A stretch of DNA of 62,000 nt from Lama guanicoe (Eukaryota), in contig MU053873.1 in assembly GCA_013239625.1 (NCBI GenBank), positions 136,524 to 198,523 on the forward strand, read 5' to 3'. A program made the position numbers and the translations under genes. Shown here one piece after another: positions 36,501 to 48,500 of the stretch. The notes below the pieces were generated by a model. The model made no database searches. It was not told the origin of the DNA and saw nothing but the letters and a program-made list of their open reading frames with translations. Positions within the stretch are counted from its first letter, which is position 1, and each line of letters begins with the position of its first letter.

Positions 36501-39500
36501 TGGTAAGATGTGTTTCCCTAAGTTTTTCTCCTTATTTTTTTTAATTTAAAAAATTTTAAACAATTTTTAAAGATTACTTTCCATTTACAGTTATTACAAA
36601 ATATTGGCTATGTTCCCTGTGCTATACAGTACATCCTTGAGACTATTTTTCCACCCAGTAATTTGTGCCTCTCACTCCCTGACCCCTGTCTGGCCCCTCC
36701 CTCCTGGTACCCACTAGTTTGTTTTCTATATCTGTGAGTCTGCTTTTTTTTGGGGGGGGGTATAGTCACTAGTTTGTTGTGTTTTAAAGATTCCACATAT
36801 AAGTGATATCATACAATATTTGTCTTTCTCTGTCTGACTTATTTCACTTAGCATAATGCCCTCCAAGTCCATTCACGTTGCTGCAAATGGCAAAGTTTCA
36901 TTCTTTTTATGGCTGAGTAGTATTCCTTTGCGTATACATACAACATTTTATCCATTCATCTGTTGATGGACACTTAGCTTGCTTCCATATCTTGGCAACT
37001 GTAAATAATACTGCTGTGAACACTGGGGTGCCTGTATCTTTTGAAATTAGTGTTTTTGTGTTTTTTGGATATATACCCAGGAGTGGAATTGCAGGGTCAT
37101 GTGGTAGTTCTATATTCAGTTTTTTGAGAAACCTCCATGCTGTTTTCCATAGTGGCTGCACCAATTTACATTCTTATCTACAGTGTATGAGGTTTTTTTT
37201 TTTTTCCTGCATTCTCACCAACATTTGTTATTTGTGTTCTTTTGATGATAGCCTGACAGGTGTGAGGTGATATCTTGTTGTTTTGATGTGCATTTCCCTA
37301 ATAATTAGCACTGTTGAGTATCTTTTCATGTTCCTGTTAGTCATCTGTATGTCTTTTTTGGAAAAAAATCTCTTCAGTTCTGCCCATTTTTTAATTGCGT
37401 TGCTTGTTTTTTTGATGTTGAGTTGTATGAGCTGTTTATATATGTTGGATATTAATCCCTCATCAGTCATATCATTTGGAATTATTTTCTCCCATTCATA
37501 GTTTGTCTTTTTGTTTTGTCGATGGTTTCTTTTGCTATGCAAAAGCTTTTACATTTAATTAGGTCCCATTTGTTTATTTTTGCTTTTATTTCCTTTACTT
37601 TGGGAGACAGATCCAAAAAATTACTGCTAGGATTTATGTCAAAGAGTGTTCTGCCTATGTTTTCCTCTAGGAGTTTTATAGTACCTGGTTTTACCTTTAG
37701 GTCTTTAATCCATTTTAAGTTTATTTTTGTATATAGTGTTAGAGAATGTTCTAATTTCATTCTTCTACATGTAGCTGTCCAGTTTTCCCAACACCACTTA
37801 TTGAAGAGACTGTCTTTTCTCCATTGTATATTTTTGCCTCCTTTGTCATAGAATGATTGACCGTAAGTCTGTGGAAAGAGGGGTTCTCTGACAGGGTGAG
37901 TGAAACTCTCAGAACTGAAGCATTCCCCATGGGCAGTTTGACCCCTAAACTGACCCTTTGATCAACTTCCCTGTCACTAGAAACTTGCTCATGCTCTTCC
38001 CCCCACTGTTAGGAGGAAGCTACCTCAGGGCCTCTGTGTCATCATGCCTCCAACTTCATCTCATGGCTCCTTTCTGGGCATCCTTTGAGGGTCAATTGAC
38101 AGTGCAGGCCATCCAATCAAATAGGGAAACAGGTTCAGAGAGGGCAAAGGGGCTATTGTAGAACGGTTTCCTGAATCAGACACAGCAGTCTGATCAGATG
38201 CCTTCTGAGATCCTGACCGACTAGACTGAATGCTGTGTGAACCTTATGATTTAAAAAAATGGGATCGCCTGCAGCTTTTCAGGAGCACATCCTGTACGTC
38301 AGCAGAAGATGACCTGCAGTTAAGGGGCATGTGGAGTTCTGAGTGCTGGGAGCACCCAGACCTCCTGTGCCTTCCTTCCCACCCTCTCCAGGTGGGTTAA
38401 ACTCTGCTGTTGGAGGAGAAGTCACTCAGATGACTGTATTTCCTCAAAAATGTCCCAATTTAAGGTTTTAAAAATCAGAATGAATCTTTCAGTTGACATG
38501 TATGAACCTTTCAGTGCACATGTAAAGTAGTGGTGGGTTTTTTGTTTCTGGAAAGATCTTGCCAAATCAAGAGTATAATTTAAAATCAGTAGTGTCTTAG
38601 AATCCAGGAAATATGGTTGTTTGCTCTGTACCCATTTGAAATTCCGGTTTGAGGTTTTATGCTGGGGCTTTGAAACTGCCAAAGTTGTTATCTAGCATCA
38701 TTTAAAAGAACACTGAACTTGAATGTGTTCCCCTGTATATTTGTAGTTGGGAGAATGAGTATCTCTGAGGCCCTGATGTCAGATCTTATCAACAAAGACT
38801 GACTGGAGGATTGAGGTATCAAATGAGCATGTATTTAATCAGATGGGAATTGTCTGGAAACTGGTAATCTCAGGTGAAAGTCTTGTCCTCTTATGGGCCT
38901 CCATTTTCTCATCTACTCAATGCAAGGATTGGATCAGATATTATCCACATCCATAACTGCTGAAATTTCCTGCTGCCTCAGTGTGGGCACCCGCTTTCTT
39001 TGGTTAGCTGGGAGGCTCATCCTCTGACTTGTGTAAGTGAGTGCTTTGTAGGTGATGGGAGGCAACCTAGCCTGTGATGCTGGGCCTTTGTTTTTGCTCC
39101 CTGTGTGTTTGGGGTTTGCCTGGACACATGCATCCATTCCTTTGTATATTACCTTATCTAAAGAGGTGGTCTCTGCTTTTCTCCTATGGACAAGGATAAG
39201 AAACAGTGTCCTGGAGCCCTGGTTCTGCCTCTAGGTGGTGAGAGAGGCAGCAGTTCCAGAGGGCAGTGGCCTACGTCAGTGTGTAGAGGGGGCCGTGTTT
39301 GCCCCAGGCTGTTGTCCCTCCTTGGCTGTTCAGCAGTAAGGCTGCTCTCAGGCCTGTGCAGTTCTCCAGATAAAACACACTGAAGAAGAGGGCTTGCCCT
39401 TTTGTGTCTGGAGGCCTCTGCTCTGCTTGGGCCCCTCCCTCTGCTCTTCCAACCAGTAAAAGTTACCGCAGTGCATTTCCTTCCGGCAGAAAAAGAATCA

Positions 39501-42500
39501 GAATCGAGGCCTGGGCCAAACCCTAGCCCCACCGTGTCCTGTTCCTGAGAGCCTCCTCCCAGCTGCCCGAGTGCCTTGACCCTGCGCTCTTTTCTGGGAG
39601 GTCAGCAGGACTGAGTGGAGGCACTTGGCTAGGATTTAACTTGGATCTGAGTCTGGGTTTTTCCACTGATTTGCTGTTTGACTCTCAGCAATATGCCCTC
39701 CCTGAGTATCTTACCTCTCAATGATGTCAAGTACTTTTTTAATAAAAAAAAAAAGGGCACAAAAAGAAATTTTAAAGATCCATATTCCACCATTTTAAAA
39801 ATAATTTTAAGAAGAGAGTGTGCATGTGTGGGTAGAGAGGTGCACACATATATTTATTTTTTCCATTGTTGTTTTCTTACCAGTATTGCTCTGTAGACTA
39901 AATCATATGTATATGTAGAGTACACAGCCTACAAATGCTAGTCTCCTTCTTCTCTTTGCCCCTTAGTTAGTGAACTCGTGAATTCCCAGGGACTCACTCC
40001 TTGGAGGAAGCTCGCTCACTTGCAGTGCCCTCTAAGCCAGGGATCTTGCCCCAGCCTGCCTCAGCTCTTTGCGGCTACCCGGGGTGGGTCTTCATGCTGA
40101 GGTGTGTTCCTCACTGGCTCTAGCGGACATTCAGAGCCCTGTAGAATGTCAGTGTTGTGAGGGCTGGGACTTTGTTCTAGTCACACTTGTGCTTCCCTGA
40201 AACTGGCCCAGACGCCCTGGCCCTAGAACAATGCCAGTAGTGATAGCTCCTCAGTTAGCAGATGTATAAATACAAGTGGTATTCAATGCCTATTTATTAG
40301 GGCTGTGAAGTGTGTTTAGGATTTTGATAGGCAGAGACTATTCCAGCAAAGGCTGAGAAGTGGGAAAGGGCCAGTGCGTAATTGGGGAAACTATGAGTAA
40401 CTAGGTTTGCTGGAGTGAAGAGGTGAGCATGTGATTTCTGTACTTGTTTGACTAGTTTTTTCGTCCAGCTCTGTACCTTGCACGTAGGCCTCTGAAGAGG
40501 CTTACTTGTTGAGACAGACCCAGGATGGGAATACTTTGCTTTGGTGCACAGATGCAGGCACTCAGGCCTCTGCCCCAGAGGGGCACGGTGACTCCTGGCC
40601 GCTTGACACACTGGGGGAGTGGGCACTTGAACTTGGTATCTCTCCAACCTATGGCTTCCAGGGAGGGGGCCGCATTCCCTCGCATCTGTGTCAGCGCATT
40701 CATGAATTAGCAGCTCCGAAGGGAACGGCAGGGATGGGGAGCAGGGGGAGGAATGGAGACCGACCAGACTGGTGGCCAGGGCCTCGGCCAGGGCCTTTGC
40801 TTCTCTTGGCACGTCTGACAGGCCCTGCCCTCTGCTCCACAGGCTGGAGGAAGTCCCGCTGGAGGTGCTGAGGCAGAGGGAGTCTAAGTGGCTGGACATG
40901 CTCAACAACTGGGACAAATGGATGGCCAAGAAGCACAAAAAGGTGAGGGGCCTGGCCTGGGGCCTCCGGCTGGGAGTGGACAGCGTGGGGAGGAAGTGAA
41001 GAGGGAGGAGCTGCACCAGCTTGGAGGAGCAGGAGCTTCTCCAGCTGCCAGCTGCCTTAGGTGTCCCCATCTGCCATCTCAGGAATGGGAACAGAAGCTG
41101 GCTGGAGGGCAGGGCCCAGGCTTCACTAGGTCCTCCCAGATGGCCTCAGACCCACGCAGAACTTTGTCCTGCAGACAAACTTTAAAACCTCTCTTAGCCA
41201 AAAGCCCTTTGGGCAGCTTCCCTCCAGCTCTCCTGGGGGAAGTCCTTACTGCTGCTTACCACCTATCAGGGAGGACTTTATAAACTAATAATAGCTAATG
41301 TGCGTTGAACATTTGCAGAGTGCTGGGCACTTGACTTGGATAATCCTTACAACACCCAGGGAGATTGCTGGCAGTATTACCCACTTTAGGACGACTGCAG
41401 AATCAAGGTTTGAACCCAGGCAGTCTGCCTTTGGTGCCTACACTCTTCACCACCACAATAAGGGGCCTTCTTCAGCCTCTGGATTAATTTGATGAGTTCC
41501 CTCTTGCCTCCTGGCCAAAGCAAAACGAAAGAAAAGTAATCTCACAATTTAATAGTCTTATAAAAATGAAAATACCCAATGGTCCTTTTCTAGTGGGCTT
41601 GCTTTAGGCATCACCTCTGTCATCCTGTAAGAACATCCTTGCTCACCACAGTGTGTGCGCTGATACTCTTGTCCAGTGTCTACTTACTCCCTGGCCTAGA
41701 GGAGGCCTGTCCACAGTCTCACAGCTGGGGTCTCTCTGCACAAGTACCCAGTGCTCAGTGAACCCGCTGGCCTGCTGTCGTCCCCTGACATGCTGGCCCA
41801 GTTCAGGCTGGCCCAGCTGGCTGCAGGGCTTAGCAGAAAGCCCGGGACTGAAGGTCATATAAGGGCTTGGGCCCGGCCCCACTGCCTTCCTCTCTTGGTG
41901 CCCGCGGTTGGCTGTGCAACTTCTGGTGAGTCACTTCATCCTCTCAGCCTCAGTTTTCCTGGTCAAGTGGGAATGACAGCCCTGATCGAGGCTCCTACTG
42001 TAAAGCCCTGTGCCCTGGGCTCTTTCTTGCTGTCCTATGTGGGCTTTGGGACATTCGTTTTTTGTTTATTAGAAAAACTTTCACTTAAAAAATATTTTCT
42101 TAAGGCAGCTGTTCTCAACTGCTTCCTGCCTGACTCTGGGATCTGTTTCCCTGCTTCCTCAGCCCATGGGCTTTTAGCCTGAGCTTTGGCTCCCTTTCCA
42201 CTGTCTGCTGTGGTGACTAGTGCCTTCTTGCCCCAGCCTCCCTTGCAAATGGGGATTCCAGAGGGGAGCCTTGGGGAGCTCCTCTCAGCAAAGCAGCCAG
42301 TACCACTTCCTCTTCCTCTTTGCTTCCCTGGCCCTGCGGTTAGAGGCCAAGGGCTACCCCTGCCCAGCAGGGGTCAACGCAGGAGGCTGCACCCCACCCT
42401 ACACAGAGGACCTAGCCCTCTGCTCCTCTCCTGCCTCACTGGCCCTGGGAGCTCTTACTGCCTTGCTGCGCAGGCTTGGGCTTTCCCTGTAGTCAGGAAG

Positions 42501-45500
42501 TTGTGGCACAGGGAGGACGGTACCTGCATCAGGAAGTGGGTCCAGACCCACTGCATTTATCCTAGTCCCCAGGAGGGGGCCAGGCCCTCCAGGGAGGCAG
42601 GGCTCTGGCTAGAATGCTGTCTTCCTTTGTAGGGCTCTGCTCAAACTTTGGCCCTGCCCCCCTGGAGTTCTGCAGGCTGGGTGTGGCCTCACTCGATTGT
42701 CATCAGAGATCCCTTTCCCAAGGCCTTGGCTCAGAGAATGATAATCCCTTGTGCTTTCTGTTTGCTGAGCGCTTTCCCTTGCTTTATCCTTGCTGATCTC
42801 CACCAGTGCCTCCTCCCTAAGGAGGAGATTGCCATCTTCAGCACCTCTGTGCTGAGAAGGATACCAGAGGCCAGAGAGGGAAGGCTGGCTGACCTTCTGG
42901 CTCTCCATCCCCACTTCCCTGGCCCTGGGCCTGGGTGAGGGCGGGGCCTCTTTGAGAACTTAGTGGGCTGAAGGTATTCCTGGGCTCCTCTGGGGCAGGC
43001 CAAGTGTTCTGGGGCTGGATGATGTGGGGGCTGGCTTGAGGTGAGCTCGGCCCTGGGGGAGCAGAGCCTAAAGGGCCTGTGGTTCTGGGCCATACTGCAT
43101 CCCTTTGCCAAAGCCTGCCCAGATCAAGTGGCTTCCTTCAGGAGACCCTTGCCTCACAGCAGCAGGAAACTTCCTGGAGTCTGGGGCAGTTCCCTTCTCC
43201 CTTCCTCTCCCTACTTTGCAGGCAGTCCCAGAAGCTCAAGCTTGGCTCCTATGACCAGCCATGCTGCTCTGCCCCCACTGACTTCAGCCTGTCTGGCTGT
43301 CTCCTTCCTGGTTCTTGACTCTCTCTGACCCTTGGAAAGTTTTCTTGTTTGTGCTGGTCATCAGGAAGCCTGGGCTTTCTGTGCTCCCTACTCTGAGAGC
43401 TTCCAATGGGACTGTGAGGGGGTTTCCAGGTGAGGGGAGGTTAGGTATGAGCCGAGGCCCTGGGCTTCTATGTCAAGCATCTTCCTGGGATTGGAGGGGG
43501 AGAGAGGAAAGCATCGTTTGTTGAACACAGACTGTGTCAGGCCCCATGCTAAGCACGTTTCTGCTCCCTTCCCCACCCCCTGCCACCTTCTAATAGAATC
43601 CTAGTTGTTACTATTCTATCTTACTGTTGATGAGAAGTGATTGGCTAAGGTCAGCGCTGGAATCAGACTCATATCCAGGTGCTGTCTTCCCACTGCCCTG
43701 AGCTCCCATTTCCATCCCAGGCCAGGCTGCTTAGTGCAGGGGCTGAGGGGAGTGTCATTGGCCAATCCCCCACCCCCATTCTATATGAGTGGTGCCTCTA
43801 CCTTTGTCCTCATCCTCCTGGACCCTTGGCCTTGAGGTCAAGGAGGATGATCAGGGCAGCTGCCTTAGCGCCTCATCTGCCCACAAGCCCAGAGGAGCTG
43901 GCTCCGAGAGTCTGGCTCCGAGAGGCCAGGGAAGTGGTAAGTGCACAGGGCTGAATCCTTTAGCCTGGGTGGTGTAGCTGGGAGGTGGCAGGGTCCCTGA
44001 CAGTGTGACCGTAATATTTTCCCACTCCATGCCTCAGTTTCCCCATTTGTAAAAGACACGATGGTTTTCCAAACTGGATTTTGGCTGTAGAAGCCTTTTT
44101 CTGATAAAGGCAGTAAGCAAATGAATTGAGCACTAGTTCTGGGTCACGAGCTACCCCAAACACTTCCTCCCTCACCTCTCCCAGCCTGTGAGTGATGGGG
44201 AAGACCTGTGCCATTTTAGCAACGGCTGGGATCAGGACTTGCACCCAGGCCAGCAGCCTTTGCCCCAACAAAGAGGGAGCCATTCTGATCAGCTCCCATT
44301 TTCCTTCTGAGTTCTCCTGAGAGCTTTCCTCTCTAGGCTGGCTGTGTCCTGCCACACAGCTGCTTAAACAAACACTCCCATGAAAGTGCCTGGGCCACGT
44401 CTCTGGGCACATTCTGGGTCACCTCGTGAGCTACTCTCCCTGTGACTGAGTTGTGCTCCACATGGTGCACATCCCTCCCTGGTGATATCCCTTGGGGCTC
44501 CTCTAACTTGTATGGTTCCATTTTGATTCAGAAAATAGTGATGGGGATTTAGAACCCTGTGGTAGACTTTAAGAATGCCTGTATTATCACTGGACCAGGA
44601 AACGTGGGGACTCTGCCATCACCTGGTGGCAGCATATCTAATTGCAGTCATATTCCTCCCCTCGTCATAGAATCTGCATTGTACCAACGGAGGAGAAGTC
44701 CTCTTTTCTCCCCTTTTCTGCTCTAGCTGACGTGCTCACTGAAGGCCCGATGTGCACCAGCAGAAGGGCTGGGCTAGCACACAGCCTCTGGGGGAGCTGC
44801 CCAGGTGGCTGCATGGACACAGCTCTCTTTTTGACTTCCAGATCCGTCTGCGGTGCCAGAAGGGCATCCCACCTTCTCTGCGGGGCCGTGCTTGGCAATA
44901 CCTGTCAGGGGGCAAGGTGAAGCTGCAGCAGAACCCTGGGAAGTTTGACGTGAGTTGCCCTTCCTTCACCCTGCCCTTCCTCCGTCGTCTCTTGATATCC
45001 TTTGCATGGCAGTGATCCTCTGTGTGCTCACCCAGAGCTCAGCGGTGTGAGTGATTGAGGGATCGTCCCTCAAGAGCCCGGCCGCCAGGCCTGGCCAGTC
45101 TGTGACTCCTGGGGGCTCTGCTCCTCTGAGGCTCCAGCCCTGAGCAGGCCTCAGTGGGATGGACAGATTTTGGACCCCCTATTCCTGCTGTTTCTCTTGA
45201 CAACCACCAGGTTTGCTTTCTTGGATTTAGCAGGCCACCCTCCAGCTCTTGGTTGTTGGGAGGGAACACTCAGACCATTCCCTGACTGCCCTGGGCCTTG
45301 TGCTCCGGGCCTTTGGGGGCCTGCCCAGCGGGGCCACAGGACCCTAGCACCCCTTGGCCTCCTATCCTCTATTCTTTCTCCTGCCTTGTCCAAGCATGGC
45401 TCACCTGTGTTGCTTATGGGGTTGCCAGCACCAGGGGTAGCAGAGCCAAACCAGTATCCTTAGAGTTTAGAAACCTGTCAGGGGCCAGAGAGGATACCCC

Positions 45501-48500
45501 CTGCAACTATGCCTTCCCACCCTCATGTACTGTCCCCCACCCTACAGTTGCCAGGGTAAGGAACACCCCTCTATTCATGGGGCTTATTGGGGCCCACCTG
45601 GACTGGGCAGCACCTCCACCTTGTTCCTCTAGGGAACTAGGGGAGTCAGTTGGCTTCCCTGGGGTTGCCCTGGCTCACCTGCCAGACTTGGTCCCAGGCA
45701 TCAGGGTATCTCCCAGGCTCTTGAGACTGGTGACAGGCAGTGAGACAGAACTGCCATCTACTAGCTGTTTGTTGACATACTTCATGCTTCAGTGAACACT
45801 CCTGTCCTGCCAAACCCGTTCCTTGAGAAGAGCAGGCAGGGCAGCCTAGAGTTTCTGCTGTTGACTTGGAGGGGGTGAGAGCTGTTTGCTGGCAGCACTT
45901 GGCCCTAGGGGACAGGGGGTTAGTGGTGTCTGGCTGAGGATAGCCCTGAATCAGGGCGATTGGACTGCCCCACAGGGCACTAATATCATGCCCCACTCAC
46001 GTGGTGTCTTGACTCCAGAGTCTTCCTCCCAGTGGCTACATCTCTTCCATTTCAGTGGGCTGCGTTCTGGGCAGAGTGGGAGGTTCAGGGATGGGAGCCT
46101 CACACTAAGCCCATGGCTTACCCTCAGCTGCAAGAGCACAGGCATGAGCACCGAGCGCCGGGTGGCCCAGTCAGCCTCCTGGTTCCACAGTTAGCAGATG
46201 TGAGCGCATCCTCTGTGAGCAGCCAGAGCACGGAGCTGTGTGCTCTACATGTCTGGAGAGTGGTGCATCAGGGGAGGACCTGGCCACCTCTGTGGGGTCT
46301 CGAAGGTTGCTTGTGGGAGGAGATAGATTTGCCAAGAAAGGCCTTCAAGATGCTCCGAAACTGAGTAGTGGGTCCCTGGAAGCAGTCTTTGGGGCTGGAG
46401 CAGTGGTTTGTGAACACACTGGTAAGGACTTTGCCTGTGGATGAGGTGGAGGACATGGGGAGGCATGAGAAGCTCCCTCTGCCTGCTGTGGGCACAAGAG
46501 CCCAGGGGCAAGGCTACAGTGATGGGGCAGGGGTGGCAGCAATCCATGTCCCAGTGCTCCCTAGTGGACCCAGGCGGCTGACCACAGCCTCAGCTGTCAG
46601 GGCAGGTTCTGCAGACCCTGGTGGCTCCTTCTTCTCAGTACTTGCTGCTACTTCCTCCTTCCTTGGGCAGGGAAGGACCTTCTAGTCCTTTTCTTACGAG
46701 GTTTTCTTCTCCGGCTTCTCTTCATGGTGGCGCCAGCACTTTCGGTCTCTCTGGGAGAGAGCCCGCACCGGCCTTCGATTCCCAGCACACTTTCTCCCCA
46801 CAGGCCCTTCAGCTGCACCCTTCCCTTTCTCACTCACGCCTGTGAGGCCGAGTGCCCTGCACTGCTGGGGTACCAGGCAAGCGTATCCTAGGACCTGACT
46901 TTTTGGGTTCTCGGGTCCCCGCCTCACCAGGCCCTTCAGGAGAACCTGTGGGACTCTCCTCTCCTTTCCAACAAAGGCAAACCCGCACTGTGCTCGGACA
47001 GTATCCAGCCCTGGGCCTGACCTGCAGGGCGCATTGGACACTCGCAGGGCCCGTGTTGAGGGCGTGTGGGCCCTAAAGGTTGCCAACCCACCTCTAGTGC
47101 CTGCTCCCGGGCCCTCTGTGGAGGCGCCCAGCACCCTCTACCTTCCAGCCTCCAACACTCCGTCAGCTTACTCTCTCGTGTCAGGTTACCTGGCACCCTG
47201 GTCCTCATTTCAATACTGGGACACCCCCAGTGGAGGAGACACAAGGGGTGTGTATGAAGTCACCTGCTGGGCAGGACCAGGGCCAGGGGCTACGCCCACT
47301 GATGTGTTTGCTGAGGACCCAGCCTTCCTCCTGGGGGCCTCCCCTCACACTGCCTGGCAGGCAGCGTGTCCTTTGTCTGCTTCCCTGCTCAGCCCTCTAG
47401 GTTTCCTTTTCATTGATTTTTTTTCTTTCTTTTATTAAAGTTGGGGTGTGAATTTACGTAAAGTAAAATGCAGAGATCCTAAGCATGCAGTTCAGTGAGT
47501 TTGGACAAATAATACGTACCTATGTTACCAAGCAAGTCAAGATATAGAACATTTCAAATGACAAAGAAATGATTTTTCTTTGTGTAGTAGCTTTGCTTTT
47601 ATAAATGGTACTCATACTGAAATGCTCACAGAAGTTCAAAGAAAAGAGTAGAACTTTGTTGAAACCCCAGCACCCAGCGATGGTTCCGAGTCTATTGGTT
47701 TGACCCATGTCATCACAGTGCTCTGTGCAGCAGATCACACACACCCTGCTTCCTGAATAGGTGACTCCACTTGTACAGGGAAGTGGGGAGCAGAGGAGTT
47801 GGGATTGATAGCTCTGAGCCAACCTGGCTTCCAGGCCCAGCTCCATCGCTTTTCTAACCATGAGACACTGGGCAACTGACTTTTCTTTGACCCTCCGTTT
47901 CCTCATCTGTGAACAGTGTAATGATAGGACCTGTCTTTTGGGGGCTGAGGAGAACAATCAGTGAGGTCCATGGGTGCCGCTGAGAGTGGTGCTAACAAAT
48001 GGGGTTGCCATTGCTTTGACAGTAGTCTTCCATCTAAGGATGTAACGTAAGGTATTTGAGTCCTGAATGCAGTGACTAGAGGTTATTTCTAGCCACAGTT
48101 ATGATGGACACTCGCCCACATGGGTCTTCCTGGAGCCTGGATCACCCCTCAGGGTTTGCAGGCCCCTGCTCCGCTTGTCTCTTTGCTCCTGCGTCGGCTT
48201 CCTTACCTGAGCTTCCTGACCTGTCCTCAGGAAGGCCTAGCCCATGATGGGATCAGGTGGACATCGTCCCTGGTGGTGGGAGCTCCTCCAATAGCTGGGA
48301 CAGTTGTGTCCTCCCAGCCATCCCCAACTTCTAAGAGATGCTCTTGACCTTGCTTCTAGGAGCTGGACATGTCCCCTGGGGACCCCAAGTGGCTGGATGT
48401 GATTGAGCGTGACCTGCACCGGCAGTTCCCTTTTCACGAGATGTTTGTGTCCCGGGGGGGCCACGGGTGAGCAGGCTGGGCCTTGTGGGCTGGAGGTGGC

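Noticed and set aside
36907..37760. Active retrotransposon or novel reverse-transcriptase system
   Set aside because: Only a 5'-truncated, frameshifted L1 ORF2 tail; no endonuclease or RT core
40297..41070. 257-aa antisense ORF
   Set aside because: Non-ATG start, overlaps TBC1D10A exon 2 antisense, no recognisable domain
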